Sequence record: MN871444.1
DNA: 64,000 bases
Strand: one strand, 5' to 3'
A program made the translations under genes and the position numbers. The notes below the pieces were generated by a model. The model ran no database searches. It worked only from the letters and a program-made list of their open reading frames with translations, and was not told the DNA's origin. Positions 1 through 9,517 of this stretch are shown here, one piece after another (the first letter of the stretch is position 1; the number at the start of each line of letters is the position of its first letter).

Positions 1-662
1 TAACGCAACATCCAAAATTTGTTTCTGAGCTGTTTAAGCTAAGTGATGCTCGCATGGCCGAAGCCAGTAAGGACCTGCGCATAAATCGGTCATCGTTATT
101 TATCGACCGCAGTCTTTTGTCCGACGTAAATCCCCGAACAAACTATCAATCGGTCGATAAGGATACGATCGATTCTTCGATTAATGCAAGCGTGACTAGT
201 CACCGACAACTCGGTGGGTTGTTCAACTACTATAGTGAAAGTAGTTTTTCTCCAAGTATGGCTTCTTTAGCTAGCTCAGGTAAACGCATTCCACTGGCCG
301 TTGTAGAAGACGCAGACCTCCTGTTGCGTCCCCGTTCTGCCGGTAACGCGTACATGCAACAGCTGCTGAACGAAACTGATGGCGCCAATTCCAATGAATT
401 GCGCAAAGTCGTATTTACCACCAACCAAGCATCGCTCGACGATATCGATCCAGCCCTGTATCGTGACGGGCGCTGCTTTGGCGTTATTGATTTCAGGAAC
501 TTGACCCCAGAAGAAGCGGTGATTGCTCGTAAAGTGGCTGGTCTCCCGGACTTTGAAAAGGTGCCTACCAACTCAGTGCCCCTGGCTACCGCATTGAAAA
601 AGCCACGTAAACGCCTCTACCTGAATAAAACCAAATCAGGTGTAGGTTACGTTACACACTAA
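1..662 (+). CDS. AAA+ ATPase-like protein, 5'-truncated by the window edge
   Basis: Walker B VVEDAD, sensor-1 FTTN, SRH DIDPALYRDGRCF; frame is open back to position 3; no Walker A visible. Confidence 0.7.
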   Translation, partial: TQHPKFVSELFKLSDARMAEASKDLRINRSSLFIDRSLLSDVNPRTNYQSVDKDTIDSSINASVTSHRQLGGLFNYYSESSFSPSMASLASSGKRIPLAVVEDADLLLRPRSAGNAYMQQLLNETDGANSNELRKVVFTTNQASLDDIDPALYRDGRCFGVIDFRNLTPEEAVIARKVAGLPDFEKVPTNSVPLATALKKPRKRLYLNKTKSGVGYVTH

Positions 663-665
663 CTA

Positions 666-692
666 TCGGGGGGGGGGATAATACCCCCCTCA
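666..692 (+). terminator. G/C hairpin terminator
   Basis: G-run / ATAATA / C-run directly after the stop at 662. Confidence 0.5.
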
Positions 693-718
693 TTCGATAA
701 TAATTCAGGAAAAAGCAA

Positions 719-1207
719 ATGTCGCTAATCATAAAAAGAACCGAACATGGTGGGCTGATAGATAATTTAAGAGGCCACCACATCGGGGCTAAACTGACAT
801 TAAACTCAGTACGCCATCACAACTGGGAGGCTCGACGACTTAACCTAAGAGACCTCATCACAATCTGTTTTCAAGCAGGTGATAGAACCGTGCGTATCGT
901 CGACACCACTTTATCGATTGATACTCTAACTCCCTGGCCAGGGTTTTATGAACTGCCGGCCCTCTATCTGGGAGTGGTCAGGGATGAAGAGTATTACAAT
1001 GGCTGGAACATAGCTGGGCGTTTAAGTATATTGTTGAACGTTCCACTTCCCGGTCCAAGCGGCGGCGAATATGCCTTCAATGATACCCAATACCCCTATC
1101 TGGTAACCCCGCGGGGCGACTATACTGAACTCTGCATAACCGGTGCAATCGAATGCGACAATGGGGACATCGGTCTGTATTTGCGGGATTTTCCATATTC
1201 ACCGTAA
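719..1207 (+). CDS. hypothetical protein
   Basis: 162 aa ORF, AGGA SD upstream, ends at a terminator. Confidence 0.7.
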   Translation: MSLIIKRTEHGGLIDNLRGHHIGAKLTLNSVRHHNWEARRLNLRDLITICFQAGDRTVRIVDTTLSIDTLTPWPGFYELPALYLGVVRDEEYYNGWNIAGRLSILLNVPLPGPSGGEYAFNDTQYPYLVTPRGDYTELCITGAIECDNGDIGLYLRDFPYSP

Positions 1208-1247
1208 CGGCATAGGAGGAGGCGCAAGCCTCCTCCTTTTATGTTGT
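1207..1247. terminator. bidirectional hairpin with TATGYYG tails on both strands
   Basis: ACGGCATA-GGAGGAGGC-GCAA-GCCTCCTCC-TTT-TATGTTGT between convergent genes. Confidence 0.85.
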
Positions 1248-1256
1248 CCTTTTATT

Positions 1257-1589
1257 TTATTTCGCCTCGGGCAAATCTAAAGTCTGCCCAGCAAATTGAT
1301 GAGTACAATCACTGAGATATTGAATTTTACCATCGGTAATAAAACTATGGCATACTTTATTAATATCTTTCGTCGTATCATCAAATTCATCGGGATTATC
1401 TGATGGTTCTGTCCAGGTCACTAATACTGACGGCTGGAATGTCGGTTTATCCACATCTCCATTAAACAGCCATTGTGGTTGGGTCGTACCACCGGCACGC
1501 ACCTGGTGGCGATGACCACAACCAACGCACATAAATGTGTATCCCAACATCTTACCTGTTGCATCATGGAAAGCTTTTACTCTAGCCAT
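1257..1589 (-). CDS. small Cys/His protein, DUF6527-like
   Basis: CxGCGHRH, W.FNGD.DKPTF.PS.L, CHSFITDGKIQYLSDCTH; family recognised from memory. Confidence 0.7.
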   Translation of the reverse strand: MARVKAFHDATGKMLGYTFMCVGCGHRHQVRAGGTTQPQWLFNGDVDKPTFQPSVLVTWTEPSDNPDEFDDTTKDINKVCHSFITDGKIQYLSDCTHQFAGQTLDLPEAK

Positions 1590-1607
1590 AAAACCTCCGG
1601 GAGATTA

Positions 1608-1889
1608 ATGATGTTAGAAAAATTAAAGACAATGCTATTCGGCCATAAACTTGTCACGTATTCTCCGCCAAAGTCCATTAGAATTATTACAGTAAATGAG
1701 ACCCAATTGATTGTATCCTTAGTTAGGATGCGACATATTCGTTCTAAGAGGCCTGGGGTCTATCATAATGGGGATTGGTGGCTACGAGTCCATCCTGCCA
1801 ATAATTGCGGACCTAAGATAAATTACCCCGGTTACTGGTCATCTATTCAGGCTGCTTCCCAATACTATTCAGATTATCTGGCGGAGTAA
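1608..1889 (+). CDS. hypothetical basic protein
   Basis: GGAG SD before ATG 1608, in frame with the ORF-track entry 1473..1889. Confidence 0.6.
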   Translation: MMLEKLKTMLFGHKLVTYSPPKSIRIITVNETQLIVSLVRMRHIRSKRPGVYHNGDWWLRVHPANNCGPKINYPGYWSSIQAASQYYSDYLAE

Positions 1890-1894
1890 TTACC

Positions 1895-2209
1895 ATGAGT
1901 CAGCGCACTAAAGACACTATCATTAATTTATTCTGTTTGATTTGGTTATTTTCGCTGATGTTTGTGGTGTGCGTTATGCAAAATAAATGGGGTATCGGTG
2001 TATTTCTGGTGGGTTACCTAACCCCTTCTTTATTTTTAGCTGTAGCGGGTTGGGTTGGTGGCAATAATCGGATAGATAAAATCGTGGGGTTTGGATACGG
2101 TCTCATCTATATTGGCGATTCCGCAATTATCGCGTTAGAATCTATTCGATACGATATTGCGGATTGGCGCAACACACCGAAACCCAAACACAAAAATTTT
2201 AGGTATTAG
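1895..2209 (+). CDS. small membrane protein (2-3 TM)
   Basis: long hydrophobic stretches; tightly packed with neighbours. Confidence 0.7.
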   Translation: MSQRTKDTIINLFCLIWLFSLMFVVCVMQNKWGIGVFLVGYLTPSLFLAVAGWVGGNNRIDKIVGFGYGLIYIGDSAIIALESIRYDIADWRNTPKPKHKNFRY

Positions 2210-2212
2210 CAA

Positions 2213-2788
2213 ATGAACTATGTCACCGTCGTAGGTAGTCGTGATGTAACCGTGGACGAATATCTTCTAATGGTAGAATTAGGGATGTGGCTGGCCTACT
2301 ATTATGGGTTGTATGCACGTTCCGGTAAGGCTACTGGTTCAGACCAAGCTTGGCAGCGCGGATTTGAAATCGGAGATGCTCTTCGTGGACGGAAAGGTCG
2401 ACACCAAATATTTTTGGGGTGGGCTTCTTTTGAACGAAAAAATGGCAAGACCAGTGACCGGTACGACATCGTACCGGAAAAAGGTGCTCTTTGGGATAGG
2501 GCAACAGAAATAGCATCGCGCATACATCCTGCCTGGGATAAAGTTAAACCGGGAGGCAGGTTGCAACACACTCGCAACGTGTATCAACTCTTAGGACCCG
2601 ATTTAAGCGAACCGTCAAAATTTTGTTTGTATTGTGCCGATGGCGATAAACATGGGGTACCTAAAGGGGGTACTCGAACCGCGGTAATGTTAGCTCGAGA
2701 GAATAACATACCTCAATTTAATGTCAGAGGTAAAACGCTCGATGAAGCAAAACAATGGGTGCGCAAACAACTCCCTCTAAATGCGTGA
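2213..2788 (+). CDS. SLOG/DprA-like nucleotide-binding protein
   Basis: VTVVGSR, RSGKATGSD, RNVYQLLG and GGTRTAV motifs of phage DprA/SMF-like SLOG proteins. Confidence 0.8.
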   Translation: MNYVTVVGSRDVTVDEYLLMVELGMWLAYYYGLYARSGKATGSDQAWQRGFEIGDALRGRKGRHQIFLGWASFERKNGKTSDRYDIVPEKGALWDRATEIASRIHPAWDKVKPGGRLQHTRNVYQLLGPDLSEPSKFCLYCADGDKHGVPKGGTRTAVMLARENNIPQFNVRGKTLDEAKQWVRKQLPLNA

Positions 2789-2826
2789 AAATCATCAAAT
2801 AAAATAATTATAAACCTATATCACTT
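2786..2826 (+). promoter_or_regulatory. early (vRNAP-type) promoter
   Basis: AAAATAATTATAAACC-TATATCAC; 39/41 nt identical to 9477..9517; resembles the phiKZ early TATATTAC consensus. Confidence 0.75.
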
Positions 2827-2868
2827 CGATGAATAGGTACCTTACTTTACTTTTTTGAGGAGAGCATT

Positions 2869-3282
2869 ATGTTTTATATTTTAGGTTTATTATCAATATT
2901 TGGTCTCGGTGCTATCAGCGCATATCCGTCTGGCAGTATTGTTGTGTGGGCCGTCATCGCCATGGCTGCATTGGTTTGTATCCTTTCTTTTATCCACGAA
3001 AGAAAAGAAACCGTGGCTGCAGTATGGGCGGTGCTTGACGTAGCGGTAGAGAATGAAGAACACTACTGGGAGTTCACGGAGTTTAATTTGGCTCCTTACG
3101 TCATCAATAAATTATCGGATTCTGATGCGGGGGCTAATTTCTGGTTAATGGATTATTCTTTTAAATTGAAGCCCGGGATTAATGGTGATACCACCATTGT
3201 GGAACTCACCTTAGGGCGTAAAAAATATCGTCGGGAATATCCGAGCAATTTCTTCTTACCTACTGACCTGAAACAAGCATAA
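2869..3282 (+). CDS. membrane-anchored hypothetical protein
   Basis: GAGGAG SD; two N-terminal hydrophobic helices. Confidence 0.75.
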   Translation: MFYILGLLSIFGLGAISAYPSGSIVVWAVIAMAALVCILSFIHERKETVAAVWAVLDVAVENEEHYWEFTEFNLAPYVINKLSDSDAGANFWLMDYSFKLKPGINGDTTIVELTLGRKKYRREYPSNFFLPTDLKQA

Positions 3283-3308
3283 CTCTCAGCAAAGTAAAGT
3301 AAGAAATC

Positions 3309-3331
3309 AGAGGGTGGGTAAAACCACCCTC
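3309..3331 (+). terminator. hairpin terminator
   Basis: GAGGGTGG-GTAAAA-CCACCCTC followed by ATTTT. Confidence 0.6.
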
Positions 3332-3357
3332 ATTTATAACGTTATAGGAGTTTTGTT

Positions 3358-3744
3358 ATGTTAGACGAACTGGTTATTGCGGGCGCATTATCTCGATTAG
3401 GGATTACTGGCTTTATTTCTAATTTGGGGGTCATGGCAGTACATCACAACGGGCCGACCGTTACGATTTCTCTGCCCGGTGAACAGACCGACGTTTTGTC
3501 TGGTCGGCAATTCGAAGCCAGCGTCAATGAAACCCATCTGAAAGAAACGGGGAAGCCTATTATCTTTAAAGGTCCTTTATCTTATCGTGATGGTTCCGAT
3601 GACCTAAAAGTTGTATTGTTTGAGAATACTTACGGCCATGCCCTGTTGAACGAAACACTGGGCGTGTGTACCGTATACATCCACAATACGTTGGCCCTGT
3701 CCCTCCATCGCGATAGTGATGGGTTCTGGGTTACCGTTGATTAA
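3358..3744 (+). CDS. hypothetical protein
   Basis: AGGAG SD, 128 aa. Confidence 0.75.
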   Translation: MLDELVIAGALSRLGITGFISNLGVMAVHHNGPTVTISLPGEQTDVLSGRQFEASVNETHLKETGKPIIFKGPLSYRDGSDDLKVVLFENTYGHALLNETLGVCTVYIHNTLALSLHRDSDGFWVTVD

Positions 3745-3760
3745 ACTGAAGGGGAACACC

Positions 3761-4108
3761 ATGGCAGAAGTAACTATAAAAGATCTGAATAATGAAACGC
3801 TGGATATGTTGCGGGCCGTGACCGTGTGGTTACAACGTTCGCCTTACGACCCGGCTGCACTGCATAATGCGGTCGCATTATTGTCCACATCCGTCACTAA
3901 CCTGTTTCAGTTGATCAACAAACAAACTGAGCAACATGATATCGTGGTCGAGAATATCCGGGCTCTCACCAAGAACAATCAATTGATTATAGATAGCCTG
4001 CAGTTACTGGCCGGTAACTTCGTCAATCTGGCATCCATCACAATACCGAAACCGGACGAAGAGGCGTCGGATGAAAAGCCGACATCAAATTTCGAAACCA
4101 AATACTGA
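3761..4108 (+). CDS. hypothetical coiled-coil protein
   Basis: GGGG SD before ATG 3761; heptad-like helical sequence. Confidence 0.7.
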   Translation: MAEVTIKDLNNETLDMLRAVTVWLQRSPYDPAALHNAVALLSTSVTNLFQLINKQTEQHDIVVENIRALTKNNQLIIDSLQLLAGNFVNLASITIPKPDEEASDEKPTSNFETKY

Positions 4109-4126
4109 GTATAGGAGCGACGGACC

Positions 4127-4705
4127 ATGGCTATTAGCGCAACAGCAGTTGTAAACCACAATGATAAAGAATATCACTTGGATGTGCTTCCTTTTCTTTA
4201 TGCCGATGGATTAGAAACGGCTGAATTTCGTCGGGTTATTCGACCAGAACCGGAGGGCTGCCGGTTGGGGGTTATAAGGACCTACATCAAAGGCATTACC
4301 GGTGTCGATGACGATGATGAATTCTCCATCGACATGGGGATGGTTCATCAGGATGACATTGATGCGATGATGGTCACTCACCTACCTCCGGATAAAGATA
4401 AGTATCCCTTCCAATCCAATCCGCGTATCAAAAAGCTTATTCTAAAAGAATTGGCGTATACTGGGCGTGCCGACCCAATCGGTCTAAAGCGCGAACTCGC
4501 CACTGACGGGAAACGAGTATTCACCTACGACCAAGATTTTACCGGACTGGAGCATGTCGTCTCTGCCGAAGTAAACATCTGGTATAAAGACGGGCGTCGG
4601 CCACAGGTCCACGTCATTCTAGCTAAAAGCGGCCTGCAGGCAACTCAACTGGTTGCTGCGCATCTCTATCTGGCTTACGGCACCTATCGTGCCTACCCGT
4701 ATTAA
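4127..4705 (+). CDS. hypothetical protein
   Basis: AGGAG SD, 192 aa. Confidence 0.75.
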   Translation: MAISATAVVNHNDKEYHLDVLPFLYADGLETAEFRRVIRPEPEGCRLGVIRTYIKGITGVDDDDEFSIDMGMVHQDDIDAMMVTHLPPDKDKYPFQSNPRIKKLILKELAYTGRADPIGLKRELATDGKRVFTYDQDFTGLEHVVSAEVNIWYKDGRRPQVHVILAKSGLQATQLVAAHLYLAYGTYRAYPY

Positions 4706-4717
4706 TTGGAGCGTATC

Positions 4718-4969
4718 ATGTTTAATTGGTTCACTGCTTGGAAAGATGGTCAGCTGCAGCGGTATATTTGTAAAAATAAAGCGCTTGACGGGTTAGACTA
4801 TACCGGGGTAAAAAAACCTCTTCGCATACATACCACGTCTGCCTTAGTTGATGGTATAGTAGCAGTGTGGCTAATGCGGCAATCTGTGTTTACGCGACGC
4901 TTCTACACCCCGCCCAAATTTAAGTATGTTACATCGGGCGATAAAGTCAGAATTTGCATGTATCGCTAA
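4718..4969 (+). CDS. hypothetical basic protein
   Basis: GGAG SD before ATG 4718; hairpin at 4980-5004 follows. Confidence 0.65.
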   Translation: MFNWFTAWKDGQLQRYICKNKALDGLDYTGVKKPLRIHTTSALVDGIVAVWLMRQSVFTRRFYTPPKFKYVTSGDKVRICMYR

Positions 4970-5060
4970 AGCGTACATCGGGGAGGAGCCTAGGCTCCTC
5001 CCCATACGCTGCTCATTGATTTTATTTTTTGCCATAATAAGCAACGTAGGGGGGCATACC

Positions 5061-5579
5061 GTGAGAGATAAGTTCTGGGTACCGGAAATCACCCGGGTAG
5101 TCACCCTGGGCATTAACACTCCTACTCCGCAAATAAATAATGATGGTTCTTACGATGTCGTATTAGCTAACCTGAATGCGCAGTCTATAGATGGTCAGCT
5201 TGTTATTATTGACGACGCACTGCTTAGAAATCAGATGGACTTTTTAACGGGACAACAATTAGGACAGTATAATTTTTCAGGAACGATTAACAATATCCCG
5301 TATGGGCCTACTGTAAAGAAGATGGAAGCACGCATTCCCAACCCGATGTATACCTTAAATGGCTATTCGTTACAATATCACGACGATGGTCATGTTACGG
5401 TTATGGGTAATGTCACTCCGACAAACCAAACTTTATGGGATAAACTTGCAATAAATAATCGCGGACTTTTCTTTTCTATGCGTTCGCTGATTACTATTCA
5501 TGGAGAAACCCGTGAAGTCCTAAGCATCATTTCTTTCGATATGGAAAGGCGTGTGGTGCTAAGGCGGTTCAAAGGATGA
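5061..5579 (+). CDS. hypothetical protein
   Basis: GTG start after AGGGGGG; stop overlaps the next ATG. Confidence 0.6.
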   Translation: MRDKFWVPEITRVVTLGINTPTPQINNDGSYDVVLANLNAQSIDGQLVIIDDALLRNQMDFLTGQQLGQYNFSGTINNIPYGPTVKKMEARIPNPMYTLNGYSLQYHDDGHVTVMGNVTPTNQTLWDKLAINNRGLFFSMRSLITIHGETREVLSIISFDMERRVVLRRFKG

Positions 5580-5872
5580 TGAGCAAACAAGAATATTGGA
5601 TAACATGGTTTGTGTTGGGTCTAGTGTTATTGTTTCTTGTCGGAGGGATGTGTTTGGTGGGTTATGCTGTTTATAACCGGTACGTTTCAGCGGGGTTAGC
5701 TTATTTAATTCTGGGTTTAATGGTCTACACAGTGGATCCAGGTAAATATCTTTCTCTAGATGGGCGTATTGGTACTCAACCTAGTTTATGGCCTTTATTG
5801 GGTTGGGTGGTTTATTTGCCTTGGATAATTGTACTTTGGTTTTGTTCGCCATGGTACGTATTTAGGCGTTAG
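5576..5872 (+). CDS. small multi-pass membrane protein
   Basis: three hydrophobic segments, W/P-rich C-terminus. Confidence 0.7.
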   Translation: MMSKQEYWITWFVLGLVLLFLVGGMCLVGYAVYNRYVSAGLAYLILGLMVYTVDPGKYLSLDGRIGTQPSLWPLLGWVVYLPWIIVLWFCSPWYVFRR

Positions 5873-5932
5873 GTATGATACGGTGCCAAATAGCATCTTT
5901 TTTTCTGAAGATTGAGGCAAGAGGCTAACTCA

Positions 5933-6241
5933 ATGAAAATTACTTTCTCGGAACTGTTAATGAATTGGGCACTTACCCTGGTTATTTTACTCACCCTTCC
6001 TTTGAATGCCTATATGGCTTCTCGAGGATTGGGAGCAACCAGTCAAGTGTTTATCGTGTTGTTTTATTTGTGTGGGGTGTTGTTTTCGTTTACGTTGTGC
6101 CGAAACAAATACCGCCAAGAAACCTCATTCAGCTCAGCTGTCTGGTTATCAATATTTTGGTTTGTCGTTACGGTAATCACCACCATCAGCGCAACCCGTT
6201 TCTATTTGTATCCGGTATCAACAACACAACAAATTCAGTAG
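5933..6241 (+). CDS. small multi-pass membrane protein
   Basis: GAGG SD; three hydrophobic segments. Confidence 0.65.
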   Translation: MKITFSELLMNWALTLVILLTLPLNAYMASRGLGATSQVFIVLFYLCGVLFSFTLCRNKYRQETSFSSAVWLSIFWFVVTVITTISATRFYLYPVSTTQQIQ

Positions 6242-6250
6242 TGACGAGTG

Positions 6251-6327
6251 GCTAGGTATTGGGGATAAATCTCCGATACCTAGCTATTTATGCCGTCGAC
6301 GGCATAAAAGGGAGGCCGAAGCCTCCC
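6251..6327. terminator. two back-to-back hairpins, each with its own TATGCCGT tail
   Basis: hairpin 6251-6284 + TATGCCGT (6289-6296); ACGGCATA (6299-6306) + hairpin 6310-6327. Confidence 0.85.
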
Positions 6328-6332
6328 AGATA

Positions 6333-6851
6333 TTACAGTGAGCCCAGATCGGTTTCCGGAGCTACCGAGGCAACAGTAACCGCCTGAGTTACGGTGATTA
6401 CCACAGTGCCGCTGAAGGCGTAGTTGGTTTCCGTTGCGGCTACGGTGAGGGCATACGCTTCACCTGAGGTTACCACTGCGGAAGTAATAACAACATCATC
6501 CGCGGCCAGGCCCAGACCCAGAACGGAATTAACGACCGCCAGAAGATCTTCAGCGCTGGAGGTATCGGTCAGTACCGGAGTTCCGGCCCACGCAAACGTA
6601 GCGTTAGCTACCGCCAGTACGTCGCTAACATAGGCGGCCAGACCCTTACGCACGTAGTTATACGTGGTCGGGTCTTTATACTTGGTGGTGTCCACCGGCG
6701 ACAGCACAACCGCCGCGTCGTGATTTTCGAGCGCAGATGCTTGGACCGCAGACAGAGTGAACTGGTCGCGCAGCGCATCGTAGTTCGGGTTTTTGGTCGC
6801 GATGAGGTCTTTGACGACTTCAACAGGAGATTTGGACCAGGTAATAGCCAT
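6333..6851 (-). CDS. putative virion structural protein (beta-rich repeat family of phiKZ-like phages)
   Basis: A/T/V-rich, host-like optimal codons, GAGG SD; C-terminus PETDLGSL shared with the upstream neighbour. Confidence 0.65.
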   Translation of the reverse strand: MAITWSKSPVEVVKDLIATKNPNYDALRDQFTLSAVQASALENHDAAVVLSPVDTTKYKDPTTYNYVRKGLAAYVSDVLAVANATFAWAGTPVLTDTSSAEDLLAVVNSVLGLGLAADDVVITSAVVTSGEAYALTVAATETNYAFSGTVVITVTQAVTVASVAPETDLGSL

Positions 6852-6896
6852 GATAATCCTCTTAGGGTTTATTGGTGTTACGTAAATTTATTTCCA

Positions 6897-7334
6897 CTAT
6901 TCTATTTTGCCCAGGTCGGTATTTGGGAACAGAATTGAAATGGATTGTGGGTGAATATAGTTGATGTGTAAAATGCCCGTTCCATAAAAGACCGGGTGTT
7001 TCGAACCCAGAGAATATTTTAGATCAAAACCATCATCAGTTACGACCAATTGTCCAGATACAAAATTATCTGGAATGAAAGCCACCCGCAGGTGGGAACT
7101 TAATATCTGCGATATATCTTGCAGCGTGCTTGATGCACTTAATTGGGTAACATCACCGTTAACAGTCATGGTGGTGTTGTCCCATACTTTTAGGAAACGG
7201 GATAATTTTAGTTTACCTCTGGATTTATCAATGAGGTCTCCTACTGATATATTGACCCCGAAGAAAATGACCAGAAGCGTTAATACAATCACGGCGATAG
7301 ACAGCGCCGTCACTGCAAGGCTTACATCAATCAT
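6897..7334 (-). CDS. membrane-anchored paralogue of 6333..6851
   Basis: N-terminal TM helix; FYGTG and PNTDLG motifs shared with the neighbour. Confidence 0.6.
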   Translation of the reverse strand: MIDVSLAVTALSIAVIVLTLLVIFFGVNISVGDLIDKSRGKLKLSRFLKVWDNTTMTVNGDVTQLSASSTLQDISQILSSHLRVAFIPDNFVSGQLVVTDDGFDLKYSLGSKHPVFYGTGILHINYIHPQSISILFPNTDLGKIE

Positions 7335-7338
7335 TGCA

Positions 7339-9420
7339 TCACCATTCAATTGAACGTGGAGTTGGACGAGTTACAATCCCAGAGTACTCAGGTCCATCAA
7401 TGAAATTATTAAAAGTATTCAATACGATTTGCCAGTCGTCGCTGCGGGCCATTTCGCATAATTCTTCCACGGATGTATTTTCAATGTCCGGTAAATCATA
7501 CCCCATGATAGATGCGACTTGTTCTTTGGACCATTGAACAATTTCTGCGGCGCGTGTTGAAATATTGGGTTTATTACCCGTATCCAACAATACATTCCAT
7601 ACTTCAACCTGGGTATCTTGACCAATCCGGTCTGCTCGACTGATAGCTTGTAGTCTATCATGTTCGCGGAAAGGCTGGTTCAGCAGGATAACTGTATTTG
7701 CTACCGTTAATGGGACTGCGGTTGATAAGGAAGGGAAGGTAGCGACCAGAGGGTTGGCTCTAGGGTTACTTTCGAACGTATCAACCAACTTCGGCAAATC
7801 TTTATTTGTTTCTCCATAAACCAATACCGGTTGGAATCCGTTCTTTTTAAGATAGGTATTAGTTTGTTGTAGCACTTCCACATAACTGGTGAAGATGAGT
7901 GTTTTTTTCTCCGAATTAGCAATGATCTTCGGGAGTCCAGCATATTCCACCAATGCCGCATTACACTCCGCACGCCGTTTACCCAACACCCTACCCAGTG
8001 CTTCTCCCGCCACTTTCAAATTCAAATACTTCAATACCGACCGACAATCTTTGAATTGGTTACGTAACGGCTGTTGCAATACCGGCATGATAACTTGACG
8101 CTCAAACTTATTGCAAAGTATGGCTTCTTGCTGCATCTGTTGTGGGTCGTACCCTTTACGGATGGTGGCAAATGCTCGCTGGTATTCTTTAAAGTTTTTC
8201 TTTTGGTCTGGCGTTGTGATGTGTTTTCTATACTCATCTAATCCTTGTTCGTATATCTTTTCATACATCTTCATATTCTTTTTGTAGTAAGCCAGTCGTT
8301 CATCAATGAATTTAGTCATATCCATGCGGACATAATCCAGGGTATATTTATTACCCGTTGGAATTTTGACTTTAACCTCGTGTTCTTCTGGCACCATGTC
8401 CGTAAATTGCGATTTGGGAATGCGCATTGAAACCAATCCGATTCGATTACGCAAGATGTCGATAGCCTTGGTGCTAGATTTCCCAAATATCTTCTTAAAT
8501 CGGGTTTCCACATCTGCGGTAAAGAATGGGTCTATTGTGCTGATAAGCGGAATGGTTTCATACCCCATGGCTTTTATTGGCGTCCCTGATGCCCAAATAA
8601 CGTGTTCGGCTTTTACGTTGCGACAAAACTCAACGGTGAGTTGTGTGCGCTTGGCCGAAGTTTCATTAAGGTTGTGGGATTCGTCAATAATAACCACGAT
8701 TTTACGTCCACCCATCTTAGACGCCAGTTGTCTTAGTGGCTCTAGATTTTCGTGGTGGAAAATGTAATACTTGTAGTCATTGATATTGGCTGGGAGTTTT
8801 TGTTGTGCATCCCAAACAAATGCCTTTTGAGGTTCTTTGTACTCTTCAAGTAATGTTTTTTCCCACACTTTATATATTGCCTTCTTGGGCGGGAGCATCA
8901 CTACAAAATCGGGTTCTACACATTCGGCGACATAAAGACTATTTAGTGTTTTTCCTGCCCCGGGCTCAGCAGCCAGCAAATATCCCCGAAGATGGTACTT
9001 CGGCACCATTTCGTTATACCGGTGTAAAAACTTGGTCTGGTGTTCCAGAGGGGGTTTCTTGAATAGGTTGAGTTTACTATAATTGAGGATGTCCGGGTGT
9101 TCTAGTGTGATATCTTTTAACCAGGATTCTTCCAACAACGCATCTATTGCTTTTTGCAAAGCCCGTTTGTTGACTCCGTGCTTAACCGGGGCATCCATAA
9201 GTTGCTGGAGCATATACAGCACTTCTACCGCAAAGAAGCTATCGAAACTTGCTTTCATTGTGGTGAGCTGGGTGAACATGTAACTAGCTAGTTTATTCGT
9301 CCCCCACGTTTTGGTGATGTCTTTACCGAACGTATTCCCAGGCAACCCCTCAAGGCTGATTGTTGTGGGCGTTTCCCGGACGGTAATATTACCCAGTAAA
9401 CGGTTGAATGCAGAAAACAT
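7339..9420 (-). CDS. SNF2-like SF2 helicase
   Basis: EPGAGKT (I), IIDESH (II), SGTP (III), QAISRADRIGQ (VI). Confidence 0.9.
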   Translation of the reverse strand: MFSAFNRLLGNITVRETPTTISLEGLPGNTFGKDITKTWGTNKLASYMFTQLTTMKASFDSFFAVEVLYMLQQLMDAPVKHGVNKRALQKAIDALLEESWLKDITLEHPDILNYSKLNLFKKPPLEHQTKFLHRYNEMVPKYHLRGYLLAAEPGAGKTLNSLYVAECVEPDFVVMLPPKKAIYKVWEKTLLEEYKEPQKAFVWDAQQKLPANINDYKYYIFHHENLEPLRQLASKMGGRKIVVIIDESHNLNETSAKRTQLTVEFCRNVKAEHVIWASGTPIKAMGYETIPLISTIDPFFTADVETRFKKIFGKSSTKAIDILRNRIGLVSMRIPKSQFTDMVPEEHEVKVKIPTGNKYTLDYVRMDMTKFIDERLAYYKKNMKMYEKIYEQGLDEYRKHITTPDQKKNFKEYQRAFATIRKGYDPQQMQQEAILCNKFERQVIMPVLQQPLRNQFKDCRSVLKYLNLKVAGEALGRVLGKRRAECNAALVEYAGLPKIIANSEKKTLIFTSYVEVLQQTNTYLKKNGFQPVLVYGETNKDLPKLVDTFESNPRANPLVATFPSLSTAVPLTVANTVILLNQPFREHDRLQAISRADRIGQDTQVEVWNVLLDTGNKPNISTRAAEIVQWSKEQVASIMGYDLPDIENTSVEELCEMARSDDWQIVLNTFNNFIDGPEYSGIVTRPTPRSIEW

Positions 9421-9476
9421 CAGATGCTCCTTTTATCCGCAATAAATTAAAATAGATTCAAATCATAATCGTTTTA

Positions 9477-9517
9477 TGAAAATCATCAAATAAAATAATT
9501 ATAAGCCTATATAACTT
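9477..9517 (+). promoter_or_regulatory. early (vRNAP-type) promoter
   Basis: AAAATAATTATAAGCC-TATATAAC, near-duplicate of 2786..2826. Confidence 0.75.

Noticed and set aside
668-677. G10 run as a phase-variable tract
   Set aside because: Intergenic arm of a terminator hairpin; length may be a sequencing artefact and no reading frame is affected.
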